Below, piece by piece: positions 37,664-53,100 of a DNA stretch of 64,000 bases. Made by a program: the position numbers and the translations under genes. A model generated the notes under the pieces. That model worked only from the letters and a program-made list of their open reading frames with translations. It was not told where the DNA came from and ran no database searches. Each line of letters begins with the position of its first letter. The stretch's first letter is position 1. The stretch is from the NCBI RefSeq assembly GCF_006345805.1, contig NC_043016.1, positions 21,700,001 through 21,764,000 of the forward strand, in the 5' to 3' direction. This stretch comes from Octopus sinensis (lineage: Eukaryota).

Positions 37664-39869
37664 CATGAGTGAGTGTGTGTGTGTGTGAGTTTATTCTTAA
37701 ACAAGAATATAGTTGACTGTTACTTTGAAGTTTCACCTAGTTAATCCATCATTGGGCTGCAATGCATAAGAATTAATCTTGGGTTTATATAGTCTCTTCT
37801 GAGTTAAAGTCTTCCTAGTGGGTGGGATGATATTTATTTTTTAGGATGGGGTATTATGGAGAGGTGTTTGGGAGAGATTTTTATTAATTAAATTTGGTGC
37901 CATGTTATTGTTTAGAATTTATTCATTTATATAGAACTTTGCAAGCAAGTGTGTATGTTTAGGTGTGTCTCTATTAGATAGCCACAGTATGTATTAGTAG
38001 TTCAATTATTTTAAATTTTATTGGATTTAATCTTTTGCTTTGACAATATAAAGATTAGCGGCATAAATGTCCAGTATTTAAAATCTTAATAACTGGGTGT
38101 GTCACCTTTTTTGAAATGGAATTTTTTAGGGGTTCACAAAAGAATGTCAGTTTCTTTACTTGTTATTTAAGATATTTCCTATTTTTATTTGGAAGGTAAT
38201 GGTTATTGATTCGGCATATCATAGTATTGTTAGTATAGAAAATTGTTTCTCTTGTGCTTTGATGCTCACAAAAGGATTTGGTTAGGTATAGAGCTTTTCG
38301 GTCTGTGTGTTTCTCTGTATGTGTTCATTGTTCTATAAGCAACTTGATTAGTATATAGAGATTTTAACCCTATAGGGTCTCTGTATATATGCAAAAGGGG
38401 AACATTAGAAAGGGTGTGTGTGAATTATATATAATATGTGGTAAGAAGTTTGCTTCCCTATCACATGGTTCCGGTTTCAGTCCCACTGTGTAGTAAGCCT
38501 TGGGCTGACCATAGCCTTGTGAGTGGATTCACTTGACAGAAACTGAAAGAAGCCCATCATATACATGTATGTGTGTGTATGCTTGTGTCTGTCCCAGCAT
38601 CACTACTGGCAGAAACGTTAGCACGCCGGGCGAAATGCTTAGCGGTATTTCATCTGCGTTACGTTGTGAGTTCAAATTCCGCCGAGGTCGACTTTGCCTT
38701 TCATCCTTTCGAGGTCGATAAATTAAGTACCAGTTACGCACTGGGGTCGATGTAATCGACTAAATACCTATGTCTGTTCTTGTTTGTCCCCTCTGTGTTT
38801 AGCCCCTTGTGGGTAATAAAGAAATAGGTATTGGTGTGTTTACATCCCCATAACTTAGTACTTCAGCAAAAGAGACTGGTAGAATAAGTCCTGGGGTTGA
38901 TTTGTTTGACTAAAACCCTTTGAGGCAGTGCTCCAGCATGGCCACAGACAAATGACTGAAACAAATAAAAGAGTAAAAGAGAATATATATATGCACATGC
39001 ATTTAAATGTACATATGTATGAGTGTGTGTATGTTCTCTTTCTCTTTTCAGTTTAGAATGCTTGCTGCAAGGTTGTGAAGAAAACCATCTTGTTTTGTTA
39101 ATCATCCTTTATATTTTAAGGAGGTCTTGCAGATTATTATTGTCTCAGATCTCATGATAATTTGTAGTGTATGAATTAAGGATTTGTGTTTTGACACCCA
39201 AAACCCAAGTTCAGCCATATTTTGCTCCATGTATCCTGTTACTCCAATAATGATAGATATGAGTACTGGATTTGTAAATTTTTTATCAATGGTCTAGATA
39301 TCCTCTTTCTCTTATATTTTTCTTACCACATTAGTGTCCAGAGGGTAGCTGATTTCCACAATGGAATATATCTTTTTCTTGTGGTCCCTATGTATCCATA
39401 TGTGTGTATGTGATGCACACACACACACACACACACAATTGTATTGTGTCCTATACAAAATCTACTCTGTCTGATAAACCTACAAGAAGAAACATGTCTA
39501 TCTTATAATCTGGAATTAAGTTTCTCTTTAACTCTATGCTTGCCAATATTTTATTTTAAATAGTGACTAATAATTTAAGCAAAAGAATGAACCTCTTAAA
39601 ACTTCAATCTTATTTATGCCTGTATTTATACAGGCATAAATACATATGAATGTACAAATGTATGTGTGTGTAGTGAGTGTTTGTATGAATGTACATATAT
39701 ACATCATATAAGTACAATCCTTGTTCCTTTTACATCAATTGCTATGTTCACATGATGTATTTCAAATTAACCATTTAACATTAGTTATTTCTTTTTTACG
39801 CTTGTTTTAATTGCATTTATTTTAATCTCACAGACTACTGTGGCATACTAATAAGAATAACAAATCAAA

Positions 39870-41335
39870 ACACAATTGGGGAAATAACAGCATAATCAAT
39901 TGCAAGTTTTCAAAAAAGCCAATCGCGCAGAATAAATATCACAAAAGCTCATTTTTAAAAACACAAGTTTTCTAGATTCATTGATGAGGTTTATATCTTT
40001 CACTAATAATTCTTAACAAGAAGATACACACTCAACAAGCTCAACACATGCATTCATATGCACCTGCAGTTACTTCAAACCAACAAAGCTACTGGCTCTA
40101 ACAATGTCCATTCCATACCTTCAAGCAATGTACTTCAGAGATTGCCCTTGTTGCCACAAAACTCTTTTATCCCTTTCTCTCTAGAGAGATATGTTCTAAC
40201 TTTGGAGATAGGCTACAGTGTATCTCATTCTTAAGATAACTAACCCTTCTGACCCTCCTTACTACTACTACTACTACTACCACCATCAAACTCACTTCTG
40301 ATATTTCAAATATTCTCAAATACTACCAGGGATATATCTCTTATAAGGTTTCCAGATCATTGGGGACCATACTTTCCTGTTACTAACCAATAAGGTTTCA
40401 ATAAGGTTTGGTATGTCTAGTCCACATATCTCCTCACAAAACTGCCTATCTATGAACTGCATCTATCTCTCATCTCTTGCATTGGTAACTACATACCTGA
40501 TTGCACTATCATGGCATGTGCTGTTGGAGCTCTCTCCGATATACATTAAAAACTCTCCAGTGATGTAGGGTTGTTTTAGCATCCACACTCTTCCCTCAAT
40601 ACATCAATGTTCACCCTGCCATCACCTCCAATACTATTCGCAACTATACAGATGATTCCACTCCTCAGTTCTGCCTCACTTTCCAAACCAAAGTGTCATC
40701 CACATATAACTTTATTACAGCATCCCATATCTGCACTAATACCAAGAACAAAGATCTCAAAAACATCTTCAAATGAAATCATGCCTATATAATCTTCTTC
40801 AAAAGCAAAAAAAAAAAAAAACTGAAAATTATTGCACACAAAAAAAAATTATACCATCTAATACTTACCTTCTGAACATGAACAGCATACAACTAAAACC
40901 CTCACAATTGCTACAAAGGCAGTTAATGTCACTGATGACCTCTGCTGGTGAATGTACATCCCCTAAAAGAACTGGTTGTCCACTTCAAAGCCAAAAATAC
41001 TTCTTTCTTCCCAAACAGCTACTAATCCTCTACCAATCTCTAGGGAAACTCACAAAGCAATATTACTCCCACATTAATGATGGTACAGCAGCTATTCACA
41101 CAAATATGATTACATGATTGATACAAAGTTGCTCAGCAATACCCTTCATATGTGTTTTCTCCCCACATCTCACTTTGTCTCTTGCTGTACCCTTTCGACC
41201 CTACTACAGTGACCTACACTCTTTGGAACTGTATAGTTTTGTGTCCCTACACTCAGGCATTTCTGGCTCATTTTCCACCATTTATCACCCATATTGTGTT
41301 TACATCACTTCCAGCACAAGCTGTTGACTTGACTT
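39870..41335 (+). mobile_element. Highly degenerate CR1/L2-group LINE
   Basis: LQTNKATGSN (KATGPD-like), LILYQSLGKLTKQYYSHI (LLxLYKAQxRPxxEYCSH-like); many stops and frameshifts. Confidence 0.6.
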
Positions 41336-41489
41336 GCAACAGTTTAGGAAGAATACTAATAGTAACCAGTAACTGGTCTAGAAAAGCCATGGGCACTGTC
41401 TGTCCCCCAAGAAAATCACACAGGCACACTCACACACACCAGTTGAAATGTTATCGCCATGTGAATTATTTTTTATTGGCAACTACTGC

Positions 41490-43410
41490 TCCTAAAAGCT
41501 AGTGCTCATAAATGTCATTTGGCTTGGTTTCTATGGTTGGATGCCCTTTATATCAAATTGTATTGAATGCATTTTCTCATGGTACCAATACTATAGTGCT
41601 CAGCAACCTAAAACAAGTAGATCCGGGAGAGAGAGCAATGACAAAAGAAAGGTCAAAATGGTTGGTTGAGATGGAGAACAGAAATATAAGTGTAGAGAGT
41701 ACTCAATAGCATATGGATTTGCTCAGGTGATCTAGAAGAGGGGAAAAAGAGAGCAAGGCATCAGAAGGACCAGAATGGATAAAAGGGTGGAGAGTAAGAG
41801 TATGATGAGAAAATCTATAAATATTTGGGTGTAAAACTGGTAGAGGAGTGATTAGCAATACTAGAGATGAACAAGATAAGAATGATGTTGTGCTGTTGGT
41901 AGTACAGTAGGGCAAAACTATAATGTATTGGTTGGTTCAATGCAGCTTCTTATATGTAGGGCAAGGGTGGTGTGAATGGTGCAGTCTGTGCAAATGATGA
42001 TGAAGAGATAGAAGTTATGGAGTGGAGGAGCATATGAAAGAGGGGTGAGAATGCAAAATGAAGGAGTAGCTTGCTAGGCTTAGCAAGGAACAAGATGTGA
42101 ACTTCTAAACACTATCCTTGTATCAGGATACATATTCCATGGATAAATGGGTTTTCTGTAGCACCACTTATCCCCAATCAATACAATCTCTTGCCATGTC
42201 GTTCATGAGATGCAATAGCTTCAGATTAGCCATACCTATTTTGTTCTAAGTCTTCTTTGGCTTCCTTTGTCCACCCATTCCATTAATTTGGAGTGCTCAA
42301 CACTTTCTTTTGCAGCGGTTAACCTCCACAAGCATCATATATCTGTACCAGTGCAACCTCCTCTTGCACAGCTATGCTTGATTCTTCTTACACCCATTTT
42401 TTTTTCTCTTAGCTCATTTGCACACTAAGATTGGCTTCAATCAGGACATATTGGCTTCAATTCCTTTTTGTTTTTACAAGTCTTCCGCATTCAAGACTCA
42501 TGTCTCACTTCCTTGCAATAGTACAGCTCTAACATAAGCATCACATAATTTTCTCTTTGCTGTTTGAGAAAAGACCTTTATTGCTAGCTGTGGCAATAGC
42601 TCTTTGAACTTTTACCAATCTATTTGTTCTTACTCAGGTAACTATAATTTCTGAACAACCTGCTCTCCTGCTAATTATTCACCTAGTAACAAAAGATATC
42701 AACTATTTCTAATAAACTATTCAAGCATTTAAGAGAATCTATTTCCAGTGTGCTTGTAGTATGTATTGCTCCAGAGCATCTACCTCATACAAAGCTTATT
42801 TTCTCTGTTAGCCTATCTGTGCTTCCACATCTCTTGTATGTGTTTAGCTTAATGGATACAGTAAATGGAGTTTATATCTATTTCTTTCCTACATATCAAG
42901 ATAAGCCATTTTTCTAATGATGTTGGGGGTTCTTTCTTTTTAACTACTTACTAACACCTTAATCTTTGTTAAGTTCCTTTGCAGCCTCACAATTCTAGAT
43001 TTAGCTTCCATTCCTGCAATTTCCTCTCTAATTCCATCAACAGATTGGAATTCTCACAGACAGCTGGTTTTAATCTCAGCAGTGATGTTCTTTAATTCCA
43101 TGTTAAATAGAAGAGGGCTGATGATTGACTTTTGATGGATCTCTACCTTCATGCTGAATTCATTGCTGCACTCATTGTGATCCTTCATCATATTTATTAA
43201 TTCTTTGTACTGTGCATGTGCAGCCCTCACAAGCGATTCATCTACACCTAATTTCTGTACTGATAACCAATATACTGAACAAGTTTCCATGTTAAAAGTC
43301 TTCTCCAAGTCAACAAATGCTTGGTATCATGATTTACTCTTAGCCAAGTACTTCTACTATGTTTCCATCCCTTGGAAGATTGCATGATATAAGTTATTGT
43401 TAACTGTGTT
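41490..43410 (-). mobile_element. Degenerate RTE-clade LINE with 3' region
   Basis: WLSVQKLGVDESLVRAAHAQY...EFSMKVEIHQKSIISPLLFNMELKNIT, homologous to the RTE copies at 6840-7031. Confidence 0.75.
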
Positions 43411-46400
43411 GTACATCAGTTTAGTTTGAGTTTATCATGAGAGTTAAAAAGCTGGGGAGTTTAAAGTTAGGCTGAGACAGAATGGTTACCTTGTATTTCT
43501 AAATGTTTTCCAAAGAAAGTAAGATTTAGAATGTTAGGGATCTCTTTAGATTGCTATATATTTAGCTGTGCATAGATAGATGGTCATTGAAATTTTGTAT
43601 TGTGTTTCACTATCTTTGGAATAGTAAAGATATGTGGATCCAAATCCACATCTTCATGTATCAAAGTAGGGGTTAAGTTCACTTTATAACTCTGTGTCTC
43701 CAAGTTCAGTCCCACTACATGGTACTTTAGGCAAATGTCTTCTCTCCACTTGCGAGGTATTGAGCATTGGCCTCAAATTGTCCAATACCTTGTTAGTAGA
43801 ATTCAACAGAGAGGAAACTGTGCAAAACCAATAACACACGTTTATTTTTGATTGAGCAAAAACATTTGAAATCAGAAAGATCACTCATAAAGCAATTAAA
43901 AATATCGATACAAATGTTGTTGCCGATAATGATACACACCAAAAATGTGATTGCAAGAGTGGGCTTTATAACTGATATTCATGACAGATGATTTTAGTGA
44001 TGATCATTGTAGCTTAGGTGCAAGTTAGTGTGTGGGATAGTTGAGGAAATGCGGAGAGTGTATTGGTTGAGAAAATCAAAGAGATCCCATCTGTAACTAT
44101 CTCATCTTTTTCAAACAAACTGTATCAAGAACTACATTAAGAAACATGTTCTTTTTTTATGGATAATAGCTTTAATTTTGCAGGGTGAATGACCTAATAA
44201 AGTACTGAGGGGTGATAGTGAGGCATGATGACAATGTTGCATAAATGATGTATATTGTGACACTGAATACAGGGTGAGAAGTTTATTTGCAACCTGATTC
44301 ATTAATTTAATATGTAGATGCCTTAACATATTAAATTTACTGAACTGTATAAATGGATAGTTCCACTAAAGAAGCAGAAATAGTATCATCTATTTATATT
44401 TTTTAATCGAATCTGTCTATGACAGTAATATGATGCAGGAGATCTTCTTGATAATGATTCCAAATCCTATGTTGCTATAAATGCTTTATAAATTATTAAT
44501 CACTTATCTATAAGTGTCTATAAAAGCTGAAGAACCATTCCATTCTTTTGATTCCTTTCAAAGATGTGCTTGTATGAATCTCAATAGAAATATAAACAAA
44601 AATCAAATGTATAACTATTGGAGTAACAAACTGCAAACCAAAACAAGTAATTGTAAGAAGAACAATATAAAAATGTTTCAATTCCTCCAATGAATTTGCC
44701 ATTAAGCAGGTAAACAAAGAGGAAATAGTAATATAGTTTGCAATTCAAAAAGCTTCTCGAATAACATTCACATTTCTAATATCATTTTTTTTTTTTGTGA
44801 GGGACTCCAGACTGCGTGCAATGATCTACTAGTTACTGCTGATTAAAATCAATATCTGATTGCTCTTAGGACAACATGTACAGGCAAAAAAAACTCTGAG
44901 AACTGAAGATTTCATCACATTGTTTTGCCAAAGTTAAGAGAAGGGTTATGAAGATTTATGAAATATTATGTCCTGTCCATAAAAAGAGAGCTTAAAACAA
45001 ATAAAGCAGTTCTTTCATCATGCTTGTTACAAGGCACCCTCACTTGTGTTGGGTGCATTAAAAATACATCTAGTGTACTCTGTAAAGTGATTGATGTGAG
45101 GAGAACATCCAGTCATAAAAACCATGTCAAAAGTGAGACTCTGGAACACAATGTGGTCATCCAACATGCTGGATCCTGACAAGCCATCCAACCCATGCCA
45201 ACATGGCAGGAAGATGTAAAATGACAGATTATGATGACAAGAATGGCAATGGTGATAGTGACAGTGATGATGACAATCATCATCATCATGAGTGGCTGAA
45301 AAAAAGAAAGTAGTATTCAACACATTTGTTGTATTTCATAACAGTTTGACTCAGTTTCACATTTACTTAAAGTATCATTGGTGCAAAATGCATCCACATC
45401 TTCAAATGTACTGATTCAGGAGAATCTTATTTAGTAACAGTATATATATATAAATATATGTGTGGGTGTGTGTGTGTGTGTGTGTACATATATATATACA
45501 CACACATAAGCAGAGAGAGATAATAAAGAATAGAAAACAATATTACTGATATATAAGAAATTCATTTAAAACTTCTACACTTGTTTCAATATGCAATCAT
45601 GAATAAATGCAACAATTTAATTATAAATAATAACTGCAAATTATATAACATAATTCTCAATGATCATTAATAGTAATATAACATAATTATTAACAATCAT
45701 TATTATACCCTCATAATATGCATAATAATGAAATAGCTCTCATGTAGTTACCACATTTTATTATTATTCAAATCATGTGACTGTAATAACAATTGTTAAT
45801 CATAAATAATAATGTTAAATAATATCATTGTATATTGATAATTATGTTATATAACTTGCTGTCATTATGAATAATAACATTGCTGATTGTCATTGAAACA
45901 GCTGTAGAAGATTAAAATATAGATTTAAAATACCGATATTTTAAAACTAAATATCAATGATATTGCTATTCTATCACTTCTTATATATCACTCTTAACTT
46001 CCATGCAATATCATAGAATGATATTACACATGCTTTTACTATAGAAAATTCAGCTCTAAAATCTGTAGATATTTCTATTAATTGATTGACAGACAGACAG
46101 AGATAGATAATACACAAAAAATTAGTAAGAAAATGAGAAATAATTAAATAAACAATATATGAAGTTAGACATATAAACATTATGGTGGAGATCTAGAAAA
46201 ATGAAACAAAATAAAAATTTAAAAAATGTGTGCTATGAAAATAAATATTCCAATGAAAGAAAGGGAAAGATATAAAGGAGGTGAAAGAAAAGAAACAGAA
46301 ATCACACCATATTTTGACATTCACTTATATTGCAAATTTAGTGTACGCTAAGCTTGCAATGTAAGCAGACATTGACAATTTAGTAGTGCTTCTATTTCTT

Positions 46401-46579
46401 TTTCTCTTACAGCTCTTATTCCTTTACATTCTCTTTGATAATGTGCATAACCTAAAACAGTTGATCCTTTTTCAGTTTGTCATTCACATATTTATTTTCC
46501 TTGTACATTCTTCTATTTTTGTTGTTTCATTGCATATTTCAATGTTTTTTCCACCATGTGTTTTACTTAACATCTGTGT

Positions 46580-46616
<37 letters not shown>

Positions 46617-48059
46617 TAAGGCATAGCTGTGCTGGTTAAGAAGATCACTTCCTAACTGGGTGATTTGAAGATCAGTCCTGCTGCATGGCATCAAGGGCAG
46701 GTGTCTTCTATTGTCTTCTGGACAACTAAAGTCTTTTAGGATGGCAGAAACTGAAAGAAGGCAGTTGTGTGTGTGTAGTTATATGTATGTATGTATGTAT
46801 GTATGTATATATGTATGTATGTATGCATGCATGCATGCATGCATGCATGCATGTATGTATGTATGCATGTATGAGCACTATGTATGACTTTAAACTGCAT
46901 CCAGTTCGGGTTCTCTGGTTTGTGGGTTCAGAGTAGTAGCACCTGTCTGGGTCCCAGCTATGGGTTAACTAGCATATTTGATGACAATTCATCTGAGCAT
47001 AGGTATGCAAAAATATCCTTTGTTAATGTAAGAGGTGGCAGTAAAACCACTAGGAGTAAGAGACCACTAGCTGTTGTCTCAACATCCTTCTAGGAGAGGA
47101 ACACTCTAATGTAAAATTTGCATTTTCAAGTGATTGCTGGTCATCTTGCTTTGGCCTGTCACTAGGTACTAATCACAGTGACTCGTAGAGTAGTACTTGT
47201 GTTGTACAAGTATTTATCTCCATAATCCAATGATGTGCAGATGTCTTTTTATGGTGACCTCATTTGTCATTCCATCAACTGAAACTCCTATTGAAAAGTG
47301 GTGATATGTGCAGGGTTAAACAGTTGGAAGCATGCAGTAAGTTACAAGTTTTGTCTGTCACCTATGATTTGAACCATGGAAATCTGTAATGGAACTGAGT
47401 ACTCATCTGAAAGTCGATGGACAGAAAGTCAGAAATGCCATTGACAATGAAGAAGCACAAGATGACAATTATCTGTGAAGATGGAGCAATCATCATGTAT
47501 GTATGTATAATTATAAGTATGGTTAATGTTGTTGTTGTCAGTTCTTCTGTCAATAGATCATCTACCTACTTCATACATTTGAAGCTGTGTGAAATACAAG
47601 ATCCCTTATTTGAAAAACAGGTAAGGGTTACTGACAAGAAGGGCATCCAGCTTGTTAAACAATGTCCTGTAACATTTGTCTCGTACATGCAAGCATTAAA
47701 AAATGACATCGTGTGTGTTTTATGTTTATGTTTTCCAGTTTCAGCTCTTGAGCTGTGGCCATGCTGGGGCACCGTGTGTAATTGAGTAGTATAAGATGCA
47801 GATTAAGAAAATTGTGCAGCTATCACAGAAAACTCCTTTCATGGACTTGTTAACAGCCCACTTTACAAAAAAATTACAAAGAAAGTGTAATGTAGAGTAT
47901 TCATTAAACTGAAAATCCCCAAAAATCTGAGTGATAAAATGTATGCATAATTTCTTCCATACTGAAATTAATACTACAGGAAAAGGTTGTGAATTGGTTG
48001 TAACCCCATGGAAGTTAAATAAATATACATTCACCTCTTATATGTTTTGACTTTATGCT

Positions 48060-48553
48060 TATACATACATGCATGCATGCATGCATGCATGCATACATGC
48101 ATACATACATACATACATACATACATACATACATACATACATACATACATACATACATACATACATACATACATACATACATACATACATACATACATAC
48201 ATACATACATACATACATACATACATACATACATACATACATACATACATACATACATACATACATACATAACTACATACATACATACATACATACATAC
48301 TACATACATACATACATACATACATACATACATACATACATACATACATACATACATACATACATACATACATACATACATACATACCATACATACATAC
48401 ATACATACATACATACATACATACATACATACATACATACATACATACATACATACATACATACATACATACATACATACATACTACATACATACATACT
48501 ACATACATACATACATACATACATACATACATACATACATACTACATACATAC

Positions 48554-48610
<57 letters not shown>
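48060..48610. repeat. Compound microsatellite (ATGC)n-(ATAC) about 120 units-(AT)n
   Basis: Direct reading. Confidence 0.95.
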
Positions 48611-48614
<4 letters not shown>

Positions 48615-49074
48615 AACCTGGTAGAGCCTCCTGGCTTCCCAGACCCCAGTTGAACCATCCAACCCATGCTAGCATGGAAAACGGACGTTAAAAGATGATG
48701 ATGATGATGATGTTTCCAAGTTTATGAGTTTACTACTGTATAAGAATTATCTCAGACAAAAATTTAAAATACATATTTTATCAATTAAAAAATTAAAAAA
48801 TGCACATAATCAGGGCATACTACTCCAAAACAATGTCCCACAAGGTGTGTAAAACTGTCAATTGAGCCAATGGGCAAGTTACATTGGAAAGACCCTGAAA
48901 ATACCAGTTTCCCCTTAATCAACATTTATGTATTTGCTCTCTGTATTCTTGATAAACAAGCTATATTTAGGAGTGGATTAACTAGAAATGTTTACATACA
49001 TATTGACCGTATATAGATTTGTGTATGATCATAATACAACATACACAGACCAAGCATGTGTGTGTGTGCATATG

Positions 49075-49109
<35 letters not shown>

Positions 49110-49412
49110 AAGCGATTTGTTTATGTGGTACAAGACAAAAGTTTTTGATGCAACTTTAAGTTGGAAGTAAACTGAGTTGCATATATGTTAATTTATGGGG
49201 AGATTATATAATCTGAACTGTAGTTTCAGTTGATTATCTTTATATGCCAGTGTATTTGAAAATAATATGATGGCTCTCTTTGTATTTCATTCTAAGCTGT
49301 TGAGATTAATTGAAACTGGATTAATTTAATATACTGTATTGGTGATGGGAAAAAAATCACAGTAATAAAGTCACAATTTTGGCTAGGAAAAAAAAGTCAC
49401 AATTAATTTATG

Positions 49413-49524
49413 GGATCCAGGCAAAACACCCGAAGGACAAAATCCCCTCAGAAACCCTCTCACAAAACCCCTGTGACTGTTTTTCTGTGACATTTTTCCT
49501 TTGACTTTTTTTTTACCTGGATTC
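49413..49524. mobile_element. 112-bp MITE-like element
   Basis: Termini GGATCCAGGCAAAA and TTTTACCTGGATTC are near reverse complements; internal ACAAAA(T/C)CCC repeats also occur at about 57528-57605. Confidence 0.5.
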
Positions 49525-50068
49525 ACTGTATTTACTTGTGTTTAAATCACACTCATGTATAAGTTGCACTCTTTAGCATTAAATCTTGGTACAAAAATTT
49601 TTCCCTACATAGATTTAGCTTTACCCTATGTATAAGTACACTCCAGTTTTTCAGTCAAAATCAATCATGAAATAATGAGATTACACATGAGTAAATAAAG
49701 TATATATTATTTTATTTTATTTTATTCCTATCTAAAAAGCCAACAAGAAACTGGGAGAACCATAGTTTAAAGCTAAGCACTCAATACATAGAGTGGAAAT
49801 ACATATTAGAGGTAACTCTTCATTCTTACACACGAACATGCTTTTCTAAAATTCAAGACTATACCATTAAAGTAGGGTACATATAACATCTATGAACCTT
49901 TTTCAAACTATCTCTTATAAAAAGAAAAAGGAAAGCTACAAATTTATTTCAAAATAGGATTTGTTATTTGCATTCAGTTATATAAGGCATGTATTGCATG
50001 CCTTGCTGTCATGAAGGAAAAACCATTGTCACACATATATACATACACATTTGTGTGTGTATATGTGT

Positions 50069-50114
<46 letters not shown>

Positions 50115-53100
50115 ATATATATATATATATACTTACATACATACATCTACACACATGCACATGCACACATACACACACACAGACAAGTGTTGCTGAGTGA
50201 TTATGAAGTTTGCTTCCCAACCACATCGTTTTGAATTCAATTCTACCGCGCAGCACCTTGAGCAAGTGTCCTCATGTGTGTGGAGTTGGGTTGGGTGGGG
50301 GAATAAGTGTATGTGTGTGTGTATCTTTGTTTTGACAGACTGTGATACTTGTAGACAAGTCTCACAATCATACATGCAGTGTCTTTCATTACCAATGTTC
50401 TGTGAAAACATGAATCATGAAAAAAAAAATTAAATTACTTGGAATCAGGTGAGAGTTGGTGACAAGAAGAACATCTGAATGTAGAAAATTTGCCCCAACA
50501 AATTCTGTCCAACCCATGTGAACATGGAAAAGTGGATGTTAAAATGATGAAGATCATCATCAAAATAAAATATTGCTGACTGGTTAAGAAGGATGTCTTT
50601 AGTGTTTGTATTTATGCGTTCAAAACAACCTCCAGTTAGAAAATTTTGTTGTGACAAACAGGTAACTTAGCATTTTGATAAAATATAAATCAATTAAATA
50701 AGTACCAGTTCAAAATACCGAGGTCAATACAAATTATGAAAATTACTAGCAGGCAACTGAAATGACTGAAACCACTTAAAAAGAAAGAATATTTTTATGC
50801 TTCAGAAATCTTGTCCTAATATGGCTCTTTGGCTTAAGACAGCATTTGAACACAGAGAACAGAGAGCAGGAATAAATGTGTGCATATTTGTACATTGAAC
50901 ATGTGAACCTAATCCATATGTGTTTTATCCTAGCTCTGTTTTTTTTTATCTGCTTTCTTTTCTTTTTTTCTTTTCCTTTTTCTCCTGGAGTCTCTTCTAG
51001 AATCCAAAGAAGGACTGCATCTGAAACATTATAACTTCTATTTTATCAATTTTACATATTGCATTCTTCTTTGACTGTCATCTTAATACTATTGACTATG
51101 AACATCTCTTGCCCTATACAGTTGGAGCACTTTATATTTAATAGATTTAGTTTTATATAAGAAAAGTTCTCCAGGAACTTATAAACTTGTTAAATTATTA
51201 TTCAAAAAAAATTGTTTCTCAAATCATATTTTTTATATTACTTTTTAAAAAAATAATTCCAGTAAGTTATGATATAAATATAATTTGAAGACATAATTAT
51301 ATAAAACATTTAAATGTATTCTAAGCTTTCAAATTTAAACTTCAACATTTTACTTTTCATATCCTCTATTTTTTTTTTTTTACATATATACATAGTCTTT
51401 CTATATATAATTGATAATCTTATTCTATTAAAAAACAGTTCTAATTCATTTTAGTTATAATAAAGTTGGAATAATGTGAGTATAACTGACTTTCTCAGAT
51501 TTATAGAATTTGAAAGAAATAATTACTAAACATCCGAACGCCTAATAATTTATATTTTATAAATTCTTTTATGTTTTTTTTATGATAAGGACTTTAGGAA
51601 AATTTCATGAATTTTGTAATAAAGTAGAGTAATTTTCATCAGAAACTGAAATTGGGTAACCAGCTTTCATTCACCAATTATTTATATACACTCTATAATG
51701 TTCTCAAGCACTAGAACTACAGTAAAATTATACCAAAAGTGATAAAAAATAATTGTTAAAGACGAATCTTTTTAATAGAGTAATAACGCTTAGAATGTGA
51801 TCTCCAGATTAAAATCTTTTATTGTTCTTTAAGGTATTTCATTTATTTTGTCACATGTTTAATTTTTCTAATTTTGAGAAAATATATCTTGAAAAAATTG
51901 ACAATAATTAATTTTTTTTATATTTTAAAAATAGGTTTTGGAACTATGAATTATAATTTTTTAATATTATTTTTCAGTTTCCTTCACTATATTTATGCTG
52001 ATAATTCAAAGATTATAAAGCTTTTTCCATTACATCTTATCACATGAAAGAATAAAAAATAAATCTTAAAAAATTCAGAAATGGGCAGAAAGTATTTCTT
52101 TAAAGTGACTTTTTCACATTAGAAATTCATATCTATTCATATTTTAAACTGTAGCATGTTATTTTATTTTCTGAAATTATCAAAGTAATTCAGTCGTATT
52201 GGTCTATAACTTCAGGATGCAACAAACTGAATATGATACTATACGATATTACTAGGATATAACCAAATATGTATATGTTATTTAAATCATAGATACTATT
52301 AAATTGTTTCTATGATATATCAAATATGCTATATACTACTATATTATTAAGAAAAATTTTGCAAAACTGCTAACTAAAAAACAACTCTTTGTACTTTAAA
52401 ATTGAGGGATTAAAGTAGGAAAATAAGAAAAGGAAAATAGTGTGGTCTACTGTAGTGTATGAAGTAAGGTCAAAGTTAGATGATTCTATGTTGAGACCAT
52501 ATCATTTAACAATTGTTGTTTAATATTCTTGTAAATGGCATAAAGATCCCTATTTTTTCCACCCCATTAAGGCGATAAAACAAATTACTATGCAGTAGCA
52601 TGATACATTAAGAGAATATTTATTAAGTTAAAGTCTTTGTGTATAAAGTTCATTTATCTGAAAATTTCATTCTGACTTTATGCATTTTTAAGGAAGTTTC
52701 AGAATCTTTAACTATAATATGAAAAAAAAGAAGACTAAATCTTTTCTTTAAGTTTGTATAACACCGTTAATATTATTTTAAAGTTAAGGGGGATAAAAAT
52801 AAGGAATAACGAATAAAATAACGATAACAAACAATATCAATTTAGAGACTAAGGAAAAACAGGTCACAATGACCTATTTATTCAACAGCTCTTTGATTAT
52901 AAATTCCTTAGTTTTTCAATTATTTTTGCATCAGCACAATCGCACGGGGATGCGCACGTGTACATACGTACATACGCATTAAAAAACACACACAATCAAA
53001 TAAAGAGATTTAGTTTGCAATATTAGAATATTTAGGTTAACATAACCTACAAATCAGTTCACTATATTTCAACCATACCAACGGAAAGATTTACGATTTA

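Noticed and set aside
44817-44866. GCAA-TGAT...CTGA-TTGC as a C/D-box snoRNA
   Set aside because: Only about 46 nt, the C box is mismatched (TGATCT), and there is no host gene.
48015-48691. ORFs of repeated MYVC/HTYI
   Set aside because: Translation of the (ATAC)n array.
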